From: a virus
Lineage: Duplodnaviria; Caudoviricetes
Reading direction: 5' to 3' (one strand)
Virus record (IMG/VR): IMGVR_UViG_3300025326_000030
Location: 753-64,752 of that record
DNA: 64,000 nt
The notes beneath the pieces were generated by a model. It worked only from the letters and a program-made list of their open reading frames with translations. It did not search any database and had not been told where the DNA came from. The translations under genes were made by a program, and so were the position numbers. How positions within the stretch are numbered: position 1 is the stretch's first letter; each line of letters opens with the position of its first letter. Below, one piece after another: positions 57,350-64,000 of the stretch.

Positions 57350-57479
57350 GCGCCATGAAGAAGTTGGTTCGGAAACAGCTTTTTATGCTCTGCCGATTGA
57401 GCTACGCATTTCTGCGGCGAGACTCGAACTCGCATACTTCGATTAACAGTCGATGAAGTCCCCGATAGCACCTCATGGT
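57350..57479 (-). ncRNA. Y RNA-like gene A (circularly permuted tRNA-Asn-like domain)
   Basis: Terminal stem CCAUGAGG/CUUCAUGG; UCGA-CUGUUAA-UCGA, T arm GCGAG-UUCGAGU-CUCGC, CGCA-GAAA-UGCG, UA, D arm GCUC-AAUCGGCA-GAGC. Confidence 0.88.
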
Positions 57480-57485
57480 ATCACC

Positions 57486-57515
57486 AATATAACACATTTG
57501 TATTTGCACCTGCAA
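57486..57515 (-). promoter_or_regulatory. Promoter for the Y RNA array and Ro60 gene
   Basis: TTGCAG-18 nt-TATATT with TG extension; predicted +1 coincides with the first base of RNA A. Confidence 0.6.
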
Positions 57516-57533
57516 GGGTCAATTTGGTATACT
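57504..57533 (+). promoter_or_regulatory. Overlapping divergent promoter
   Basis: TTGCAC-18 nt-TATACT with TG extension. Confidence 0.45.
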
Positions 57534-57569
57534 CACCCTTGAAGGTACGATAAACGACAGTGTTCAAGG

Positions 57570-57595
57570 ATTCCACAGATGTGGAGTTTTTATTT
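57570..57595 (+). terminator. Intrinsic terminator on plus strand
   Basis: ATTCCAC-AGAT-GTGGAGT followed by TTTTATTT. Confidence 0.5.
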
Positions 57596-57874
57596 ACCCT
57601 TAAGGGTTAACTCATCTAACCGCATTAGAGCAACAGACTGTCGTTCATCTAATTCGGCAAGTTCCTCTTTTAGCATGGCGATTTCACGCTGATGATCGAG
57701 ATCGAGGTCAAGCGCAGCTTGCTCAGCAAACAATTTGCCTAGTTCCTCAAGGGTTGTGGCGCTTCTAACGATAACGGTAGAACGCGCATCGCGCAATTGG
57801 AAAGGCATCGGATCATCGGGATCATAAAGAACGTGATACCAATTAGTAGCGTTTGCTTTATCAGATTCATTCAT
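57590..57874 (-). CDS. Hypothetical protein
   Basis: AGGAG ribosome-binding site; C-terminal coiled coil. Confidence 0.55.
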   Translation of the reverse strand: MNESDKANATNWYHVLYDPDDPMPFQLRDARSTVIVRSATTLEELGKLFAEQAALDLDLDHQREIAMLKEELAELDERQSVALMRLDELTLKGK

Positions 57875-58244
57875 GTTTACTTTCTCCTAATTCTATTTTA
57901 CGGTCTGTGGGACTGTCCTCAGATGGGTCTTCACTATCATAAAAATCGTCAGGCGGACTACAGGGGGTACGCATTTCAAGGACGCGAACACAATTGTCTT
58001 TAGAAAAAAGATTCGACAAGTCCTTAACCATCCACGCATCCCTGAATTCATGCCATTCTTGTAATACCCTGGTGGTTTTAGGCAATTTACTGGCTTCTAC
58101 CTGTCCTTTGGGTGTCATGTGATCAACCAAGTGGCACCTAGAGACAAGGTATTCATCTACCATGTCAGGGACAGAAATCCCTAGATGGACAAGTTCCTCT
58201 AAGAAATCCAAGAAATCTTTTCTGAAAAAACTCTCTTCGCTCAT
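57867..58244 (-). CDS. Hypothetical protein
   Basis: ATGA coupling to initiator gene. Confidence 0.55.
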   Translation of the reverse strand: MSEESFFRKDFLDFLEELVHLGISVPDMVDEYLVSRCHLVDHMTPKGQVEASKLPKTTRVLQEWHEFRDAWMVKDLSNLFSKDNCVRVLEMRTPCSPPDDFYDSEDPSEDSPTDRKIELGESKHE

Positions 58245-59260
58245 TCTGCAAACGCATCCTCTACACTCATAAACAGTTCTTCTCGTTCTTGACCCTGAAG
58301 GTAACGTTGTAAACCACTAAAGCGAGTTGTGTCTCTCACAAGTTGATCTATAAACTTGTCGTGACCCACGCGCCCACTTTCTTTATGGCGCATCTTTAAT
58401 ACTTTTGGCTTAACAACTTGTTCTACAAATGTTCTGTATTCTTCGCACTCGTCATATAGGATATTAAGGTTAATGGTGACGTGTTCCTTTTTTGTCGTAT
58501 CGTAATCTGTCACCATAAGGAGCTTATCAGCATGTTTCCATTCTAATCGACTGGCAACGGCTAACCGCAAAATCATCTTTTCCAAATTCGAGAAATTGCC
58601 TGCTTTATATTTGCCCGAACGCCTTGTGGGTTGAATTTGAGAACTATCCCCATTAATTCCTATTGGTTTTAGTCCAGAAAATGTATTCTTGGTGTAATTT
58701 GTTTCATTCATACATTCCTCTGAGATTAATTGTACCTGCTCAATTTGGTAATCACCATTAGGAAGTTGAGGGTGATCATTAATGTAATCTTTGTCTGTAT
58801 TCTCTGATGTATTCTCTGTATATAGAAGAGCGTCGGGATTCCCGACAATCGTTTGTGGCGTTTCACCACAATCGTTTGTGGCATTTCCCGACAATCGGTT
58901 ATTAATTTCTGTCGAAATGGCATCGATTATCTTTTCCATTATTGGACGATAATGAGTGGTCGGAGCGCCCTTAAACATCTTCTTTTGGGTCTGAATCCAT
59001 CCCTTGCTTTTTAGCTGTTGGGTAATACGCATTACGGCGTCACGAGGAATTGCCAATTCATCAAACCATTCTTTTTGGCTTTTGGCAAACCACCCATTCC
59101 CCATTGTGCTACGATCTGACCAGTAAATACATTGATTTAAGAAGGACGCCATTCGGTGATCGTATTCACAGATGACGATATAGATTCTGGGAATAACGAT
59201 AATGTTAGCTTGCCCAGAAAAAGATACCATTATTGATTTGATTGTCTCTTGATTAGTCAT
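58241..59260 (-). CDS. Phage replication initiator (replisome organiser-like)
   Basis: FSGQ.N.I.IPR.YI...FLNQ.IYWS...WF.KS..EW..E winged-helix N-terminus, TENTSENT linker, internal iterons. Confidence 0.75.
   Translation of the reverse strand: MTNQETIKSIMVSFSGQANIIVIPRIYIVICEYDHRMASFLNQCIYWSDRSTMGNGWFAKSQKEWFDELAIPRDAVMRITQQLKSKGWIQTQKKMFKGAPTTHYRPIMEKIIDAISTEINNRLSGNATNDCGETPQTIVGNPDALLYTENTSENTDKDYINDHPQLPNGDYQIEQVQLISEECMNETNYTKNTFSGLKPIGINGDSSQIQPTRRSGKYKAGNFSNLEKMILRLAVASRLEWKHADKLLMVTDYDTTKKEHVTINLNILYDECEEYRTFVEQVVKPKVLKMRHKESGRVGHDKFIDQLVRDTTRFSGLQRYLQGQEREELFMSVEDAFAE
58832..58898. repeat. Iteron-like direct repeats (probable replication origin)
   Basis: ACAATCG(TTTGTGGC.TTTC) at 58845, 58868 and 58891, 23-bp period; GTCGGGA-T-TCCCGAC inverted repeat at 58832-58846. 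Confidence 0.75.
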
Positions 59261-59263
59261 TGC

Positions 59264-60040
59264 TTATCTCTTTGCTAATTTTGATGCTTGGTGAAAAATT
59301 GAATGGCATGATTCGCACAAAGTAATTAGATCATCATCTCTTTCGTGACCTCTCCGCTCATAAGTGCGGTGATGAACATTCAGTTTTGTCCTAGAGTTAC
59401 ACAATTGGCAGCGGTGTTTTGCTCTTTTAATTGCTTGTTTTCTACAATCTTGCCAATGATCAGTCTTGAGATACTCTTGATATGGCATTGTTCTCAATTC
59501 TTTAATGTAGTCCAATTGCTCTTTGTCTAAATGGGACATATACCATTTATCGGCAATTTCTGCCCAACAAATATCGCAAAAGTGTTCTCGTGCGTGATGG
59601 ATTAAATATTCCGTGATTTCTGGTTCGCCGTTGTTCTCAAAATTTTCGTGATCATTCCAAAATTTATCTCTTGCTTCTATAGAATCTGCAAAAAAGTAAA
59701 TGTCTTCTTGGCACGACAAGCATTCGGAAGTGAAATAATCACCCACCAATGGTTCAATTTCGGAACCATGAACTCCAATCGAACACGCCATTTCGTTAAT
59801 GGACATTATTTGGTCGAAATAAACCAATGTAATGAGTTTTCTAAATGTTTGGGGGTCATGTCTAAATTGTAGTGACAATTGCGCAAATAAAGATTTGGTG
59901 TTTTCTAGATTTTGGGCGTTTCTATCAGAACCTAATTTGCAAATAGACTGAATCAATTTGCTTATCGCATCATATTTATTCATGGTTTTTTGAGGCTCCT
60001 GTTGGTATAATCCGTATCGACAAACTTGGATTTTACGCAT
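59264..60040 (-). CDS. HNH endonuclease with N-terminal extension
   Basis: YQEYLKT.HW...RCQLCN...LNVHHRTYER.GHE...DL.TLCESCH. Confidence 0.85.
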   Translation of the reverse strand: MRKIQVCRYGLYQQEPQKTMNKYDAISKLIQSICKLGSDRNAQNLENTKSLFAQLSLQFRHDPQTFRKLITLVYFDQIMSINEMACSIGVHGSEIEPLVGDYFTSECLSCQEDIYFFADSIEARDKFWNDHENFENNGEPEITEYLIHHAREHFCDICWAEIADKWYMSHLDKEQLDYIKELRTMPYQEYLKTDHWQDCRKQAIKRAKHRCQLCNSRTKLNVHHRTYERRGHERDDDLITLCESCHSIFHQASKLAKR

Positions 60041-60218
60041 CCCGCCATCGAGCGGTTTTTGCGTTTATCTGTTATCACCATTGAGGTGAGCTATCACAGT
60101 TAAAGACCATTATAGATCACCTCTCTGTAAATGAAAAGTCCCTTTCGCCGGAGAGTGGGGAGCGTTAGGGGCAGGTAATTTCTCTTAGTTTATAGGAGGG
60201 AAAGAAAAATGTAATCCT

Positions 60219-60254
60219 AGTATAACAAAAACAACAAAGGGCTGGCAAGCCCTT
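60219..60254 (-). promoter_or_regulatory. Promoter overlapping a terminator-like hairpin
   Basis: Minus strand AAGGGCT-TGCC-AGCCCTT then TGTTGTTTTTG; same bases give TTGCCA-18 nt-TATACT. Confidence 0.55.
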
Positions 60255-60317
60255 GAAGTCCGTTTCATATTTTAGTTGGAGTATAGATAGCTGTTGAGAA
60301 GCCTACTCCTTATGGTA

Positions 60318-60345
60318 ACAAACCACAAAGCCCCTGTGAAGGGGC
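60318..60345 (-). terminator. Possible intrinsic terminator
   Basis: GCCCC-TTCACA-GGGGC then TTTGTGGTTTGT, downstream of 60379-60876. Confidence 0.5.
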
Positions 60346-60378
60346 AATGTGTCTTGTTTAGAAAGGGTCTGGGTTATT

Positions 60379-60876
60379 CTACGCCTTGGTGGTTCCCTTA
60401 CGCAAGATGGAAGCTAACACAGTAAGCTCGTGTACGGCGAAAGAGCCACCTGCCACCAAGAAACCAGAGGCAACGTAGAAGGTCAGATCAGAGCCGTATC
60501 CAAGCAGTTCGGGGAATTCGGTTAGCAGATTGACTTGGCGAGAAACCGCGTAACCAACTGCCACCACGAAAACCAGAAGGCGAATCAGGAAGCCGTATCC
60601 CTTAGTGTTTTCGTCAAAGCCATAAGCGCGGGCACCAGACTTCACAAATTCCACACCAATTTTGATGACCACGCCAGCCGCGAGCATGTTTTCAATCAGA
60701 TTTGCCAAACGGACCACCACATTCTCTACAGGAGAGGGTTCGTCGGGAACAACAATGATCGGAGGTTGTACAACCACTGGGGGTTCATCATCGCCTTGAG
60801 CCAAAGCGACCACAGGAAAAGCAAATAGCACAGGGAGTACCAATGCTACGAGTGCGAACTTAAATTTCTTCAACAT
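60379..60876 (-). CDS. Membrane protein, holin-like
   Basis: Signal-like N-terminus plus several transmembrane helices; SG..VAGGS.AVHE pattern. Confidence 0.55.
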   Translation of the reverse strand: MLKKFKFALVALVLPVLFAFPVVALAQGDDEPPVVVQPPIIVVPDEPSPVENVVVRLANLIENMLAAGVVIKIGVEFVKSGARAYGFDENTKGYGFLIRLLVFVVAVGYAVSRQVNLLTEFPELLGYGSDLTFYVASGFLVAGGSFAVHELTVLASILRKGTTKA

Positions 60877-60920
60877 TTTATTGCTCCACTTAAGTGAACG
60901 TTAACGTTCGCCTAAGTGTA

Positions 60921-61331
60921 TTACAGAATGGGTTCAATATCAATTACATAACCCTTAGAGGCGAGAAAATTCAGAATGACCTTGCGGTGACATTTGTCGT
61001 AATACTTACATGCGCACATGACCACTATGTGAGCGCGGGGACTGTTATCCTCAAGTAATCTTTCAAATTTTGCAAGACCCATAGAGGGATTGGCAATTTT
61101 GATGGTCCCTTTTTCGCGGTAGTTCACATTGCCCCACTCAGGTAAATGGGCATACATCGAGGGCAATGCCTCCACAAGTTGCTTCTTGTTCCAATGGGGC
61201 AACCATTGGGACTTGGCGGTTGTGCGAATGTCCAACAAGAGTCCGTTATTCAGGGTTAACCACTTGAATAATTCCTTAAGATCGGACTCGCCTTTTCCGT
61301 AGTATCCGTATTGGTGGATGATGGGCTTCAT
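60921..61331 (-). CDS. DUF488-like protein
   Basis: GY, LLDIR, WNK..L, Y.HL.EWGN, MCA......CHR. Confidence 0.75.
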   Translation of the reverse strand: MKPIIHQYGYYGKGESDLKELFKWLTLNNGLLLDIRTTAKSQWLPHWNKKQLVEALPSMYAHLPEWGNVNYREKGTIKIANPSMGLAKFERLLEDNSPRAHIVVMCACKYYDKCHRKVILNFLASKGYVIDIEPIL

Positions 61332-61798
61332 TTTGTGCCTGTTTTCAGGTTAAGTTCTCTAAGAACGACCTCAGCTTCCTCTATCGGTTCTAGGGTCTGT
61401 GTAGCCAGCGCATCTTCTTGTGGTTCTGATTTCTGGGATGTGAAAGTATTCCACAAGGGAATGAGATGGTCATTCAGTGCAACTTCTAAATAGGCGCGAG
61501 TTACAAAACCTTCCGTTTTATTGGTTACAAAAAATGCGAAAGGGTGATTGAAAAGGTTGTCTTTCGCTTCCGAGAGGGCGGAGCGCGTGTAAGACTTTAC
61601 TTCCCCAATTACGAATAGGTCATGTTGACGCCACGCCCGAATGTTTTCGGGCATGTGACCAATATACGCATTGCACTCAATGATGAGAGTTTTCTTCGCG
61701 CCCTTATCGGTAGTAATTTCGGTGCGTTGTTGCCGAAAGAAAATCTTATGTAGTTTTGTCTTAACTGCCTTATCCATTTTTCTTCTCCTTATGGTCAA
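61328..61798 (-). CDS. Hypothetical protein
   Basis: Likely start MDKAV after AGGAG. Confidence 0.55.
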   Translation of the reverse strand: MTIRRRKMDKAVKTKLHKIFFRQQRTEITTDKGAKKTLIIECNAYIGHMPENIRAWRQHDLFVIGEVKSYTRSALSEAKDNLFNHPFAFFVTNKTEGFVTRAYLEVALNDHLIPLWNTFTSQKSEPQEDALATQTLEPIEEAEVVLRELNLKTGTK

Positions 61799-61942
61799 TC
61801 GTAATGAAAATATAGAGACTGAGCAAATTCAACATCGCAATACCCACATTTGCATCTTGGGACGCGATCCACACAATTGCGGTAAGTCCATAGCAAGTGG
61901 CCACTACAACCTTAAGCAACATTATATTTACTCTCCTTATGG

Positions 61943-62209
61943 TTAATGGCTGTAATCCCAAATCCACTTCCAGAACAATTGCACAGAATATACTGCGCCA
62001 ACGAAAGGAAGTGCGGGAATTATATACGGCGAGAATACACACACTAGGAACAGCATTCCCAAAATGGTTTTGGGTCTGAGCGGGGGGCGATACGTATATC
62101 GCATAAAAGTTTTAATTTCCTCTTCCGATTTTACGACAAAAAACGCAAACGGAATTGCCATGAGAAGATAGTAAAATGGCAATCCCTTGATAATATCTGA
62201 CATTTTCAC
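61943..62209 (-). CDS. Small membrane protein
   Basis: Hydrophobic segments; AGGAG upstream. Confidence 0.5.
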   Translation of the reverse strand: MKMSDIIKGLPFYYLLMAIPFAFFVVKSEEEIKTFMRYTYRPPLRPKTILGMLFLVCVFSPYIIPALPFVGAVYSVQLFWKWIWDYSH

Positions 62210-62226
62210 TCTCCTATTTTATTGGT

Positions 62227-63489
62227 TTATTCCTTATTCATTTTATCCAAGAGAAGGGTGAGCTTCTCTAACACAACTGCAAGCTGAACCATCATGGCAG
62301 ACATATTGCTGATTGCCGTGATGAAGGCTTGCATAATTTCGGGTTGAACCACAGGAGGAACAGAGGGTGTTACCACTGGCGGTTCCTCTATTGGTTCTGT
62401 AGGGGTGACTACCGGAGGCTCTACAATCACCACAGGTGGGGTCTCAGGCTCTTTTGGTGGTATATCCGTAACCAATAGGGCGGCATACTTGTCTAAAACG
62501 CTAGTGCCGCGAATGTCGAAAGCTGCCCAATCCGAATTTGGATCAGACCCATAGGTAAATACCGCGCCGCCTACACAGAAGTCCTTGTAGGTTTCCATCT
62601 GGTCATGTGCGTATTTTAATTCTTCGGCATAGACCTGTTTGGGGTCATTGCCAAAACCAAGGCGCGACCAATCTTCTCCCCAAGTGCGCCATGACCGTCT
62701 TCCCTGACCGCCAGTATAGAGCGTATAGGTTTCACGTCCGGCATTGTCAATGCCCAACTCGGTAAGGACAAACTTCAAATCGCCATACCCCATTTGCTTC
62801 AGGGTTTCGTGGTCTCTCACAAAGCGAAAGGTTAACCATGAATCCATTACTTCGGGTCCGAGAATGGACCTGTTTTCACGATACCACTGGGGAGGTTTCA
62901 GCAACTTGTAATCATTGGGAGAACTGATTGCTTGCGCCATGCCGTGCCAGAGATTAATCATCATTCCAGCATAGCCATGATAACCAATAAGGCTATCGGT
63001 ATCTCGAATGGCATCTAGTAGTCCGCTTTCTTTTGCCCATTGCCAATTGCGGTCATTGCCTACGGCAGTATTCAGAACAACGGACTTCAGCCCATAGCGA
63101 TCTCTTAGGGTTCTCGCCCGCGCAGCTTCAAAATCATAATACTGACGGATGTTCCCGATTTCGTTATGACCTTCTACATAGAACTGGTTTACATGACTAG
63201 AGATAGATAAGGTGGCAATATCGCCCCTTACCCAATTGAGCCAGGTTTCTACCCCGTCCTGGGGGTTTGTGTAAGTTACGAACTGATCGGGATTATCGCC
63301 ACTGCCTGAAACGCCCCACCAACATCTCTCAATTAGTTTAGTGGTTGGGGGTACTTGCTTGGCAATTTCATCTAAATATCCAGCATTGCCCAAAGACTTT
63401 GCTACAGTACACCCTAAGCGATTCACCTCTGTGGCAACCTCAAGGGCATTTGGGTAGTGCATGATCCCTAGACCAACGTAGCTTTTCAT
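62227..63489 (-). CDS. Glycoside hydrolase-like TIM-barrel protein with Pro-rich linker
   Basis: Clan A-like NE (EGHNEI), H.Y (YHGY), TE.G (LTELG) motifs; PPVV repeats; start taken at MKSYV. Confidence 0.6.
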   Translation of the reverse strand: MKSYVGLGIMHYPNALEVATEVNRLGCTVAKSLGNAGYLDEIAKQVPPTTKLIERCWWGVSGSGDNPDQFVTYTNPQDGVETWLNWVRGDIATLSISSHVNQFYVEGHNEIGNIRQYYDFEAARARTLRDRYGLKSVVLNTAVGNDRNWQWAKESGLLDAIRDTDSLIGYHGYAGMMINLWHGMAQAISSPNDYKLLKPPQWYRENRSILGPEVMDSWLTFRFVRDHETLKQMGYGDLKFVLTELGIDNAGRETYTLYTGGQGRRSWRTWGEDWSRLGFGNDPKQVYAEELKYAHDQMETYKDFCVGGAVFTYGSDPNSDWAAFDIRGTSVLDKYAALLVTDIPPKEPETPPVVIVEPPVVTPTEPIEEPPVVTPSVPPVVQPEIMQAFITAISNMSAMMVQLAVVLEKLTLLLDKMNKE

Positions 63490-63490
63490 A

Positions 63491-64000
63491 TTAAATCTCC
63501 AAGTCATTGAACTCATCTTCGCTTGGGGGTTCAAGTTGTGGAACGTCCATCTTCTTCAAACCACCAGGAAGCGAGTCAGGTAGCATACCTACCTTTTGTC
63601 CATATTGTATCATTTCTGGTGGCAAATGGTCATACTTTCCTAATAGCTTCGCCATTGAGATGTGCGCATTCCAATCGGGGTGTTCGTCGGCGCTTTTGGT
63701 GGCAGTGGTAATTTGAAGTTGGTCAGCCTTGAATTCTTCAATCTCGCTTCGGGGTCTAGGGGTGAATTGTTCCTGTGGGACTGTCCCCAAGACATTCACC
63801 TGCACTTGCTGGCTTTGTTGATTGACCACTAGAAGTCGGATACCTTCAAGGAAAGCCTGGACGAGATTGGCGTTGGCTGAACCCAGTTGGGCAATCGCCT
63901 CCTTCATTTCCTCAAGGTGAATTTTCTGGAATTCCATGAATGCCTGCTGATTAGCATTAAGGTGAGCGAAAATGGCTTCATCACGGGTATAGAAGTAGGC
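63491..64000 (-). CDS. Hypothetical protein, probably truncated by the window edge
   Basis: Frame of ORF 63491-63937 stays open to position 64000. Confidence 0.5.
   Translation of the reverse strand, partial: AYFYTRDEAIFAHLNANQQAFMEFQKIHLEEMKEAIAQLGSANANLVQAFLEGIRLLVVNQQSQQVQVNVLGTVPQEQFTPRPRSEIEEFKADQLQITTATKSADEHPDWNAHISMAKLLGKYDHLPPEMIQYGQKVGMLPDSLPGGLKKMDVPQLEPPSEDEFNDLEI

Larger units (their letters stand above)
7980..63786. repeat. Dispersed palindrome family RGGACWGTCCY (at least 22 copies)
   Basis: GGACWGTCC core starts at 7980, 12660, 17334, 19332, 21036, 23840, 24853, 32154, 34086, 36921, 37268, 39615, 43688, 46398, 50475, 50658, 52200, 53469, 54426, 56676, 57910, 63778; every copy flanked R...Y. 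Confidence 0.9.

Noticed and set aside
57157-57471. ORFs 57157-57471 (-) and 57250-57456 (+)
   Set aside because: They overlap the covarying Y RNA units and have no ribosome-binding site or recognisable motifs
56988-57479. Y RNA array read as a CRISPR array or as ordinary tRNA genes
   Set aside because: Units vary from 76 to 140 nt, repeats are paired stems with compensatory changes rather than identical direct repeats, no cas genes are present, and tRNA arms are permuted with no free acceptor end

Overview
The whole window reads as a large part of a tailed dsDNA phage genome (long-tailed, siphovirus-like); no host housekeeping genes or integrase are visible. Layout: a non-coding, hairpin-rich left end; small ORFs and a vWA protein; six tRNA genes (2706-3192); terminase genes on the minus strand, divergent from a plus-strand morphogenesis block (portal, ChaB/protease/scaffold, capsid, tail, tape measure, tail tip and fibres, 6384-32036) followed by two GT4 glycosyltransferases; then a minus-strand arm from about 34.2 kb with GT2 glycosyltransferases, SAM methyltransferases, cell-wall enzymes, RecA, a DnaB-like helicase, a replication initiator with iterons and many small hypothetical genes. 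The most notable signals are: (1) a Ro60/TROVE gene preceded by a tandem array of four Y-RNA-like genes that share a covarying terminal stem but carry different tRNA-derived domains, two with intact anticodon-type loops; (2) a palindrome RGGACWGTCCY found at least 22 times across the genome, in all three reading frames, far above chance; (3) a 2H-phosphoesterase domain fused to the probable portal; (4) two Leu tRNAs lacking the variable arm. All product calls come from motif recognition and gene order by eye, not database searches.
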